From Chloroflexota bacterium (GTDB taxonomy: Bacteria; Chloroflexota; UBA11872; VXOZ01), in NCBI GenBank assembly GCA_963663275.1, contig OY760183.1:3232001-3296000 (forward strand): DNA of 64,000 nt, given 5' to 3'. Made by a program: the position numbers and the translations under genes. Positions 46,596 through 55,145 of this stretch are shown piece by piece. The notes beneath the pieces were generated by a model, which had not been told where the DNA came from, made no database searches, and worked only from the letters and a program-made list of their open reading frames with translations. Within the stretch, counting starts at the first letter, position 1; each line of letters begins with the position of its first letter.

Positions 46596-48209
46596 TTACG
46601 GATTCACGTTCATGTCGTACTTGCCCGGCGAGATCAGGGCTTCGGTGGTCATACCCATCACGCCGCCGCTGACGCCTTTGGTGAGCGACGCGCGCACAAC
46701 CTTGATCGGATCCACGATACCGGCGCGGATCATGTTGACGAACTTGCCGTTGTGGGCGTCGAAGCCGGTGGGATAGCGCCGGCGGTAGATTTCGGCAATG
46801 ATCGCCTCCGGGTCGTAGCCGCCGTTGAGGAGAATCTGGCGCAGCGGAGACTCCGCCGCTTCCGCCATCATGCGGATGCCGTAGGCCTCTTCCTCGTCGG
46901 ACGCCTTGAGCTTGCGCAGGGCCTTGGCGGCGTGGATGTAGGCAATGCCGCCGCCGGGCACCACGCCTTCTTCCAGCGCCGCGCGCACCGCCAGCATGGC
47001 GTCGTCGGCGCGCAGTTTCTTCTCTTTCATTTCGGCTTCGGTATAGCCGCCGACTTTCAGGATGGCGATGCCGCCGCTGAGCTTGCCGATGCGCTCGCGC
47101 ATCTTGTTGCGCTCGAACTCGTTCTTCTCGTCCGGCAGGAGTTTCTTCACCTCCTGGATGCGGCGGCGGATTGCCACCTCGCTGCCCATGCCGCCGACGA
47201 TGGTGAAGAAGTCGCGGTTGCACCAAATGCGCCGCGCGCGCCCCAGGTCGGCCGCCGTGACGTCTTCCGTCAGGTCGCCGGAATCGTCGGAGACGAACGT
47301 GCCGCCGGTCATGATGGCGATGTCTTCCAGGATGTGCACCATGCGATTGCCGGCGCCGGGCGCTTTGATTGCCAAGGTCTGGATCTCGCCTTCCTGCTTG
47401 TTCACCACCAGCGTGGCGAGCGCCTCGGATTCCACGGTGTTCGCGAAGACCACCAGGCTCTTGCCGCCCACCGACTTCACGGCCTCCAGCGCGGGTATGA
47501 CCTCTTCCGCGCGCTTGAGTTGGCGATCGGTAACCAGGACGAAGGGTGATTCAATCGTGCAGTCCATGCGGTCGGGATTGGTGATGAAGTAGGGCGAAAG
47601 GTAGCCCTTGTCCCACTGCATGCCCTCCACGTACTCGCGGTCGACGCGGTTCATGCTGCGGGACTCTTCCACCATGATGATGGCGTCCCGTCCCAGCGTC
47701 TCCACGATCTCGCCGATGAGCGCGCCCATGTAGTCGTCCAGGCAGACCACGCTCGCCAGCCGCTTGATCTCATCGCGGGTATCCAGCGTCTTGGTGAGCG
47801 TTTCAATCTCCGCCATCATCACCGCGGCCGCGCGCTCGATGCCCCGGCGCAGCGCCATGGGATTGAACCCCACCGCCATCGCCTTGTAGGCCTGGTCCAG
47901 GATGGACTGGGCAATCACGGCGGTGGTAGTGGTGCCGTCGCCGGCCTGCTCGCCCACGTGCCAGGCCAGGTGGCGGATGAGCATCGCGCCCATGTTCTCG
48001 AAGCGGTCCGGCAGTTCCACGATGCGGCGCGCGATGGTGGCGCCGTCGTTCATGATCTCCGGCGCGGCGGTGCGCTGCGACATGCTCTCCAGGGCTACGG
48101 TGCGCGCCTTCGGCCCCAGCGTCACCTTCAGCACGTCGGCCATGGTGTCGAAACCGCGCTTGAAGGCTTCTTTCGCTTCCGGTTCCAGTAGCAAGCGTTG
48201 TTGCGGCAT
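46596..48209 (-). CDS. groEL: Divergent chaperonin GroEL paralog
   Basis: Motifs VTLGPK, NDGATIA, AGDGTTT, EGMQWDKGYLSPYF, EEGVVPGGG, GIVDPIKV. No GGM tail. Confidence 0.93.
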   Translation of the reverse strand: MPQQRLLLEPEAKEAFKRGFDTMADVLKVTLGPKARTVALESMSQRTAAPEIMNDGATIARRIVELPDRFENMGAMLIRHLAWHVGEQAGDGTTTTAVIAQSILDQAYKAMAVGFNPMALRRGIERAAAVMMAEIETLTKTLDTRDEIKRLASVVCLDDYMGALIGEIVETLGRDAIIMVEESRSMNRVDREYVEGMQWDKGYLSPYFITNPDRMDCTIESPFVLVTDRQLKRAEEVIPALEAVKSVGGKSLVVFANTVESEALATLVVNKQEGEIQTLAIKAPGAGNRMVHILEDIAIMTGGTFVSDDSGDLTEDVTAADLGRARRIWCNRDFFTIVGGMGSEVAIRRRIQEVKKLLPDEKNEFERNKMRERIGKLSGGIAILKVGGYTEAEMKEKKLRADDAMLAVRAALEEGVVPGGGIAYIHAAKALRKLKASDEEEAYGIRMMAEAAESPLRQILLNGGYDPEAIIAEIYRRRYPTGFDAHNGKFVNMIRAGIVDPIKVVRASLTKGVSGGVMGMTTEALISPGKYDMNVNP

Positions 48210-48436
48210 TACTTAGCTGTCTCCCCCAATCACCTGGCAAATGTGGTCGTATGTCCATCGCCGCGGCCTACGCTCGGCCACGGAGACGGCTCGGTTTTCA
48301 TCGCGACTCGCCTGAACGGCTGGCTTCCTCTGTGTACGATACACAACCGGGACGGCAAACCGCAAGGGCTGGACAAAGAAGAACCGGGGAAGGAGCGCGT
48401 AATCGTACTTTGCAGCGCTTTGTCCCCGGTTAGCGT

Positions 48437-48471
48437 GGGAGGCCGCGCCGCGCGAGCGGGCGCGGCCTCCC
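48437..48471. terminator. GC-rich hairpin between groES and groEL
   Basis: Perfect 13-bp stem GGGAGGCCGCGCC / GGCGCGGCCTCCC. There is no clear U tract in the sense (minus) direction. Confidence 0.4.
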
Positions 48472-48563
48472 GGTTCTGCGTTTCGTGATTGCCAAGCCTC
48501 TGCGGAGACGCCGGCGGCGCAAGCGCCGCGCCGGCCCGCACAGCGGCAATCCTCAGACGCCGG

Positions 48564-48869
48564 CTAGTCCAGAATCGCCAGCACGTCCTTCTCGCTGAGG
48601 ATCAGAAGTTCCTCGTCGCCCAGCTTCACCTCGGTGCCGGCATACTTGGCGAAGAGGATCTTCTGACCCGGCTCCACCGAAACCGACACCTTCTCGCCGC
48701 TGTCGAGGGTGCGGCCCGCGCCCACCGCTACCACCTCGCCCTCTTGGGGCTTCTCTTTGGCGGTATCGGGCAGCACAATGCCGCTTCTGGTCTTCTCTTC
48801 TTGCTCAAGAGCTCGTACAACCACACGATCACCCAGCGGGGTAATCTTGACACTCATCGCAGTCGCCAT
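48564..48869 (-). CDS. groES: Co-chaperonin GroES
   Basis: Motifs [38 protein letters not shown]. Confidence 0.97.
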   Translation of the reverse strand: MATAMSVKITPLGDRVVVRALEQEEKTRSGIVLPDTAKEKPQEGEVVAVGAGRTLDSGEKVSVSVEPGQKILFAKYAGTEVKLGDEELLILSEKDVLAILD

Positions 48870-48963
48870 CCGTACCAATCCTCCCGATTCATCGGAGACA
48901 CTACTACACAATACTACCGAGCGCGTGCGCACGCACCGCTCGGTTCAAGGTATCTATACCGCC

Positions 48964-48992
48964 ATTATACTCAGCGCCCTACGCGCGGTCAA
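48964..48992 (-). promoter_or_regulatory. Sigma70-type promoter of groES
   Basis: TTGACC, 17-bp spacer, TATAAT on the minus strand. Confidence 0.7.
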
Positions 48993-49117
48993 GGCACGGC
49001 CTGCCCGGCTGCCCGGGACACGCGGCTGTGGTAGTCACACGTCCATGGCATCATCCCGTTCGTGGTGAGCCTATGGCATCAACCCGTTCGTGGTGAGCCT
49101 GTCGAACCACGAACGCC

Positions 49118-50320
49118 TCACCCCGCCTCCCGCCGCCGCACCAGCGCGGCCACCCGTTCCAGAATGACGGCGGCAACCTCAGACTTGGGCAAGACCGGCA
49201 GCGGCTCCGGCGGGCCGTCCTCGCTCAGGATCACGACCCTGTTCGTATCCGCGCCAAAGCCGCTGTCGGCCCGAGACACGTCGTTTGCCACTATCAGATC
49301 GGCTTTCTTGCTCGCGACCTTCTTCTTGGCGTTGGCGAGCACGTCCTCGGTTTCCGCGGCAAAGCCGGCCTTGACGAGCGTGCGCGGGATCGTGCGGAGA
49401 ATATCCTCGTTTTCCACCAGCGTAATCGTCAGGGGATCGCCGGTGCGCTTTGCCTTTTGGCTGCGGGCCGTTTCCGGGCGGTAGTCCGCCACCGCCGCGG
49501 CCATGATCAGCGCGTCCGCCTGCGCGGTGTGTTCCTCTACCGCGCGCAGCATCTCGGCGGTGGTCGTCACGGACACGCTGCCGATGCCGTGCGGCGCGGG
49601 CGCGGTGGTCGCGCCCTGGATGAGGATCACGCGCGCGCCGCAGTCCCGCGCCGCCTCGGCCAGCGCGAACCCCATCTTGCCGCTGGAGCGGTTGCCGATA
49701 TAGCGCACCGGGTCCAGCGGCTCTTGGGTGCCGCCCGCGGTCACCACCACCGTCTTGCCCGCCAGCGGGCCGTTCGTGCCCAGCGCGGCGCGCATCTCGG
49801 CCACCAGCGCGTCCACCTCCGGCAGCCGCCCTTGCGCCACCAGACCCGACGCCAGCCTGCCGGCCAACGGCTCCACCACGCGCACGCCCCGTTCCCGCAA
49901 TGCGGCGACGTTGGCTTGCGTGGCGGGATGGTTGTACATGCCGCCGTCCATAGCCGGCGCCACCAGCGCCGGCGCCCGCGTGCTCAGGTAGACGCAGGTC
50001 AGCAGATCGTCGGCCAGCCCGTGCGCCATGCGCGCCAGCGTGTGGGCGGTGGCGGGAACGACCGCCAGCAGGTCGGCCTCTTCTGCCAGGTCGACGTGCA
50101 GAATGCGCCCGGGCGTGGGCGTAAAGAGTTCCGCGTGCGTGGGACGCTGCGTCACGCTGGTGAACGAGAGCGGCGTGACGAACCGCTGGGCGTCCTGAGT
50201 GAGGATGGTGGTAACCTCCGCCCCGGCCTGCGTGAGTTGGCTCGCCAACGCCACGGCCTTGAAGGCGGCAATGCTGCCGCAAACGCCCAGCAGAATGCGT
50301 CTTCCCTTGAGCACGCTCAT
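49118..50320 (-). CDS. coaBC: Phosphopantothenoylcysteine decarboxylase / synthetase
   Basis: Motifs GVCGSIAAFKA, APAMDGGMY, TAGGTQEPLDPVRYIGNRSSGKMG, AAVADY, GFAAET. Confidence 0.97.
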   Translation of the reverse strand: MSVLKGRRILLGVCGSIAAFKAVALASQLTQAGAEVTTILTQDAQRFVTPLSFTSVTQRPTHAELFTPTPGRILHVDLAEEADLLAVVPATAHTLARMAHGLADDLLTCVYLSTRAPALVAPAMDGGMYNHPATQANVAALRERGVRVVEPLAGRLASGLVAQGRLPEVDALVAEMRAALGTNGPLAGKTVVVTAGGTQEPLDPVRYIGNRSSGKMGFALAEAARDCGARVILIQGATTAPAPHGIGSVSVTTTAEMLRAVEEHTAQADALIMAAAVADYRPETARSQKAKRTGDPLTITLVENEDILRTIPRTLVKAGFAAETEDVLANAKKKVASKKADLIVANDVSRADSGFGADTNRVVILSEDGPPEPLPVLPKSEVAAVILERVAALVRRREAG

Positions 50321-50467
50321 GCGCCTACACCTCCATGCCGTCGCCGCGCCCACCTGCCATCCTACACCAGTCTTCGATTGGCGGGTAGGCGAACGGACAC
50401 TATCAGGAGACGTCGGTACCGTCAGGAGGTAGCATGCGGAGAGCAAGCGTGGAGCGTCACGGATGAG

Positions 50468-51244
50468 TCATGCGAGGATCTCCGCCAGGTAGCGGGCGAT
50501 ACGCTCCCTATTTGCGGCCAATGTAGAGAATTGCTTCTCACACACGTCGCTAAAGCGTGCAAGCACCTTGCGGTTGATCTCTTCCTGATTCTCGAAAATA
50601 GCCACCGAGTGCGGCGGTCGCGCGTACCACTTCTCAAACTGGAGCAATCCGATCGTGGCGTCGCGCACCTTGTCATCATTCGGCAGCGCGTAGACCAAGA
50701 GCGGTTGATTGCGGTGATCAATCCGGCAATCTACCACGTACATTCCTGCGGGATCGTGATTCGTGTCGCGCCAGTCGAAGATGCGCCTTTCCCCCGGCAC
50801 GTGCTCCATTACAAACGCCTGAAAGTCCTCCATGAATGTAGAGCGCCCGCGCTCTTGCGTCAGATAGGTGACGTCGGCTACTTTCAAGAGCGCCTGCACG
50901 AAACTGTAGAGCGCATCGCCAAAACGCCCATCGGGCACGCGCAGCGTCAGTTCCCCATTGCAATCTTCGACGGCAAATGCGGCCAGTGCGTTGGCAATAA
51001 CACGTGCCCCCGTCCCACTCTGCGTAGACATTTCATCCAAGTCGTAGGAAAGGCGCATGAAGGTATTGCCCTCGTCGCCTAGTGTCCATTCATCAGACTC
51101 GCGGCGAAGGACGATCCCCAGGTGGTCTCCGTCATCGAACACGAATGGGGTAAATACACGAAACCGATCGACGCCCTCAGGCTCTACCCTGATGGCGGCG
51201 CTAACTTTACTCTTGAACTCTTGCTCGATCGTCTGCACGCTCAT
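50468..51244 (-). CDS. DUF1828(/DUF1829)-like protein
   Basis: N-terminal motif FTPFVFDDGDHLGIVL...LGDEGNT. The C-terminal half (Y.VDCRID...LLVYAL) looks restriction-endonuclease-like. Confidence 0.75.
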   Translation of the reverse strand: MSVQTIEQEFKSKVSAAIRVEPEGVDRFRVFTPFVFDDGDHLGIVLRRESDEWTLGDEGNTFMRLSYDLDEMSTQSGTGARVIANALAAFAVEDCNGELTLRVPDGRFGDALYSFVQALLKVADVTYLTQERGRSTFMEDFQAFVMEHVPGERRIFDWRDTNHDPAGMYVVDCRIDHRNQPLLVYALPNDDKVRDATIGLLQFEKWYARPPHSVAIFENQEEINRKVLARFSDVCEKQFSTLAANRERIARYLAEILA

Positions 51245-51261
51245 CGCTCATCACCCTCCGG

Positions 51262-51729
51262 TCAAGGGATGGTCGGGTCGTGCGGCAACGCAAAGGCGCA
51301 GTCTTCCATCATACAGCGAAGGGCGCCGTCAAAGTCCGCAAACCGATCCGTCGGCACGGCAAACGCGTCCTCGCGCAGCCCTGAGTTCTGATAGCGCTCC
51401 GTTGCCAGATGGATGTGAAAATCGTAGAACGTCTGCCGCTCAAGCGTATTGGTGTGCGCATGGTCCTTTCCATTATATCGCCGCAATCGGAAGACTCGGT
51501 TCTCTGTTGTGGGAAAGTAGGCCAGTATCACCGAAAAGCCAAGCGGGTTAGGGATCGACTCACGTAGGATGATGCTGAAGCGCGAACCATGGGCGCCGGT
51601 GATGTTCAGTTCGCGCTCTCTATGCCCGTGTTTTGGCTTCAGCGAGAACCTCCTGCGCCAGTCTTCAGGGAGAGGCTTTGTCTCTTGGATTAGGGCATTG
51701 ATTTCATGGTCAGTCAGCAGCGTTGCCAT
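51262..51729 (-). CDS. Hypothetical partner of DUF1828 (DUF6978-like)
   Basis: LRRYNGKDHAHTN...FHIH His-rich motif; ends 17 bp before the DUF1828-like gene. Confidence 0.7.
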   Translation of the reverse strand: MATLLTDHEINALIQETKPLPEDWRRRFSLKPKHGHRERELNITGAHGSRFSIILRESIPNPLGFSVILAYFPTTENRVFRLRRYNGKDHAHTNTLERQTFYDFHIHLATERYQNSGLREDAFAVPTDRFADFDGALRCMMEDCAFALPHDPTIP

Positions 51730-51750
51730 TAGCTCTGCCTGCCGTTGCCG

Positions 51751-52524
51751 TCAGTGTCGCCCATGCTTGAGCCGCTCGTAGATGATGCGCAGCCCTTCCA
51801 GCGTCAGGTTTGGGTCTACCGCGTCGATCACCGCCGTGTGACGGGCGAAGAGCGGGGCAAAGCCGCCGGTGGCGACCACCTTGCACGTGCCAATCTCCTG
51901 GTGAAAGCGCCGGATCATGCCTTCCACCAGGGAGAGGTAGCCCAACATGATGCCCGATTGCATGGCGTGGACGGTACTCTTGCCCACCACGGTGGCCGGC
52001 GGCTCGAACTCCACGCGGTAGAGCCGGGAGGCGTGCGCCACCAGCGCCTCCGTGGCCAGTCCCAACCCGGGCGCGATCGCGCCGCCGGCGTAGTTGCCCG
52101 CCGCCGAGACCACGTCGAACGTCGTTGCCGTGCCAAAGTCGATCACGATGCACGGGCCGCCGTGCCGCGCAAACGCCGCCGCCGTATTCACCACCCGGTC
52201 GGCCCCCACCTCTTCCGGCCGCTCGATCTCCACCGCCACGCCGGGAACCCGGTGGGGATCGACCAGAATCGGCGTGTGCCCGAGATACTTGGCCGCCACG
52301 TCGTGGACGGCGCGGGCCAAAGGCGGCACCACGCTCGAAATGATCACGTCCTCGCACCGGCCCACGTCCAGCCCGGCGTGCTGCAGGAAGCCGGCGATCT
52401 GCACGCCGTACTCGTCGCCGGTTGCGCCGATGTCCGTGTTGAGCCGCCACGAACCCTTGAGGTCGTCCCCCGCGAAAACCCCTACCGCGATGTTCGTGTT
52501 GCCCACATCGACGACGACAAGCAT
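51751..52524 (-). CDS. coaX: Type III pantothenate kinase
   Basis: Motifs VDVGNTN, SSVVP, VGADR, IDFGTATTFD, GGAIAPG, ATGG, LTLEGL. Confidence 0.97.
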   Translation of the reverse strand: MLVVVDVGNTNIAVGVFAGDDLKGSWRLNTDIGATGDEYGVQIAGFLQHAGLDVGRCEDVIISSVVPPLARAVHDVAAKYLGHTPILVDPHRVPGVAVEIERPEEVGADRVVNTAAAFARHGGPCIVIDFGTATTFDVVSAAGNYAGGAIAPGLGLATEALVAHASRLYRVEFEPPATVVGKSTVHAMQSGIMLGYLSLVEGMIRRFHQEIGTCKVVATGGFAPLFARHTAVIDAVDPNLTLEGLRIIYERLKHGRH

Positions 52525-52544
52525 GAAGCCCCTATCCTCGCACT

Positions 52545-53621
52545 CTACCGCGGCGCGCGCCGTTTGCCGTCCACGCCCGCTTGCTTGTCCCGCGCTTCAT
52601 TCGCGCGCGCGGCGGACTTGGCCTGTGCGCGCTGCCGCCGCACGTGTCCCAGAAACCTCCCCAGCAGGCGCTGGGTGTGGGTGCCGCTGGCGGGATGCAG
52701 GTGGCGTCCCGCGGCTTCCAGGTACGGCTGGCTGATGCGCTGCACGTAGGCCGGCGCGCCTTCCGCGCGGATTGTGGCAAGCGAATCGCGATAGAACGAG
52801 AAGAGGTGGACGTTGCCAAGCTGGATGCCGGCCTGAATCGCGCCGGCCGCCACCAACGACGAGACCGTGAAGAGCGAACGATTCTGCTCGGCCGCGGCCT
52901 TATTCATCTCGCCAAAGACCTGCACCATGTCGCGCGGGTCGGGCAGGCTCTGCGCATTCTGCCGGAACGCGCTCAGGCTGGCCCGCATCTCGTCCAGGGC
53001 CATTGGCGGAATGTCGATCGTATCGGCCATCTGGCCGGACGTGCCGCCCAGCGCCGCCAGCAGGTCGTCCACCGAGGAGACGTCGGCGTCCGCCGCCAGC
53101 ACACCTGAACTCTTGAGTTCCGTAACGAACGTATCCAGATAGGCCCGCGTGCCGCCGGTGACGTCCGCGGCTGCGGCCAGCAGCCAAAGCGGCGACCAGC
53201 CTACCGCGAAGATGCTGGCCATCTCCACGGCGTTGCCGGCCAGCTTGCGCACCGCCAGGTCCTTCGCCTCCATCTCGTCGGCCGGCTCTCCGTCCGCCAC
53301 GCCGCCGACAAACTCGATCACGATGCGCAACATGCGGCCCAGCGTGGATTGATAGAGTTGCGAGCGCCGTATCGGCGGCGGCAGGATCACCTCCGAGGTC
53401 TCGTACACCAGGCCGCCGGCACCCGCCGCGGCCGTGCGCACCAAACGCTCCGGCAGCGTGGCTACGTACTGGCCGGCGTCGAGCGCGCGCTCCTGCAAAC
53501 CCTCTGCAAGCGCCGGCTCTCTCTTGGGATTTGGCGGTGATGCCATCGTCTCTCCCCACTGCGCCGCGAACACTGCGCCCCGCGGCCGCGCTTCATCGAT
53601 CTTCACTTCCTCTACTGACAT
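52545..53621 (-). CDS. Conserved hypothetical protein
   Basis: Coding-like ORF (LPERLVR, AGNAVEMASIFAVGWSPLWLLAAAAD). Start uncertain (53546 or 53621). Confidence 0.75.
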   Translation of the reverse strand: MSVEEVKIDEARPRGAVFAAQWGETMASPPNPKREPALAEGLQERALDAGQYVATLPERLVRTAAAGAGGLVYETSEVILPPPIRRSQLYQSTLGRMLRIVIEFVGGVADGEPADEMEAKDLAVRKLAGNAVEMASIFAVGWSPLWLLAAAADVTGGTRAYLDTFVTELKSSGVLAADADVSSVDDLLAALGGTSGQMADTIDIPPMALDEMRASLSAFRQNAQSLPDPRDMVQVFGEMNKAAAEQNRSLFTVSSLVAAGAIQAGIQLGNVHLFSFYRDSLATIRAEGAPAYVQRISQPYLEAAGRHLHPASGTHTQRLLGRFLGHVRRQRAQAKSAARANEARDKQAGVDGKRRAPR

Positions 53622-53649
53622 CCTACCACGAGCGCCGCGCCAACCACCC

Positions 53650-53900
53650 CCGTTCGTGCTGTACTCAATCTTCCGATCGTGCTGAGCACGTCGAAGCATG
53701 ATCCGCTCTCCGCTCAGTCTTCCGTTCGTGCTGAGCACGTCGAAGCACAAACCGCTCTCCGCTCAATCTTCCGTTCGCGCTGAGCACGTCGAAGCATAAT
53801 CCGTTCTCTGCTCAACTTTCCGTTCGCGCTGAGCCCGTCGAAGCACGAACCGACGCACGCCGATCTCCCCGTTCGTGCTGAGCCTGTCGAAGCATGAACG
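53650..53900. repeat. Tandem array of REP family E (CCGTTCGTGCTGAGCACGTCGAAGCA), ~49-bp period, 5 full copies
   Basis: The linkers are mutually similar (A.CCGCTCTCCGCTCAATCTT). The same motif occurs at 6587, 42663, 46507, 49056 and 63508. Confidence 0.9.
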
Positions 53901-53973
53901 TCGCACCGCTGCGGCAAGGTATAATCGTACCCAAGCAATCCGCCAACACCGCAGAGAAACGAGGCACACTACC

Positions 53974-54792
53974 ATGAGCGCAAACGCCCCTACCCAAGCC
54001 GCCGCCCAGTCGCTCCGCGAGCAGGCGCTCGACGGCGCGCCCTTGCGCGACGCGCTGGTCATCGACAACCACTGCCACCTGGGCCCCGCGCCGCACTTCT
54101 ACCAGACCGACAACGACGCCGACGGCATGGTGCGCACCATGGACCGCGTCGGCATGGACCAGGCCTGCGTCTTTTCCAGCATGGCGATCCTGTTCGACAT
54201 GCGCGAGGGCAACGACATGAGCCTGGAGGCTGCCCGGCAGTATCCCGGCCGCCTGCTGGCCTACGCCGTGCCGGATCCCCACGAGGCCGACCGGGTGCGG
54301 GACGAATTGCAACGCTGCCTGGACGCCGGCGCGGTGGGCATCAAGATGCATACCAGCGTCGCCAACTATCCGTTCGACGGCCCCGGCTACCTGCCCGCCT
54401 TCGAGTTGGCCGACCGTCACCGCCTGCCGCTCATCAGCCACGGCACCGGCACGCCCGACACCCTGCGCCGCATCGCCCGCGACTATCCCGGCGGCCACTA
54501 CATCGTGGCCCACGCCGGCGGCGGCAGCCCCAGCAACAGCCTGGATTTGGTGAAAATAGCCGCCGAGGAACCGAACGTCTACCTGGATACGGCCGCCTCG
54601 GTCGGCTACCGGGACGACTTCCGCGAAATGGTGCGCCTCGCCGGCGCGGGGAAGATCCTCTACGGCTCCGACATGCCCTGGACCTGCGCCACCTACCAAC
54701 TCGGCCGCGTCCTTCTGGCCCCCATCACCGACACCGAAAAGCGGCGCATCCTCGGCGAAAACCTGGCGGAACTGTTCACAACCAAGCGCTAA
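53974..54792 (+). CDS. Amidohydrolase_2 family hydrolase
   Basis: Motifs VIDNHCHLG, GIKMH, ISHG, VAHAGG, YLDTA, LYGSDMP. Confidence 0.9.
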   Translation: MSANAPTQAAAQSLREQALDGAPLRDALVIDNHCHLGPAPHFYQTDNDADGMVRTMDRVGMDQACVFSSMAILFDMREGNDMSLEAARQYPGRLLAYAVPDPHEADRVRDELQRCLDAGAVGIKMHTSVANYPFDGPGYLPAFELADRHRLPLISHGTGTPDTLRRIARDYPGGHYIVAHAGGGSPSNSLDLVKIAAEEPNVYLDTAASVGYRDDFREMVRLAGAGKILYGSDMPWTCATYQLGRVLLAPITDTEKRRILGENLAELFTTKR

Positions 54793-55145
54793 CCCCAGCG
54801 GCAAGAACCCCCTCTCCCGTTGGAGACCTTTGCAAAACCTGGGCCGGCGCGCAATGAAACTCCCTCTCCCGCCGGGAGAGGGCCGGGGTGAGGGGAAAAC
54901 CCCAGTGATTTCGCACAACCGTAGCGCGGGGGCTTGTCCCCCGCCTCTTGGCTCGAGACAGACTTCCGCAAGAACCCCCTCTCCCTGGGGAGAGGGCCGG
55001 GGTGAGGGGGGAAACTCTCGTGACTTCGCACCACCGTAGCGCGGGGGCTTGTCCCCCGCCTCTTGACGCGAATGGCATACACCTTCACAATCCAACAACC
55101 ACAACCGCCCGCATCGCGGCGCACGTGACAAGGCAATCATAGACA

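Noticed and set aside
53650-53900. CRISPR-like array (26-bp repeat with ~23-bp spacers)
   Set aside because: The spacers are mutually homologous, the repeat is the dispersed family E, and there are no cas genes.
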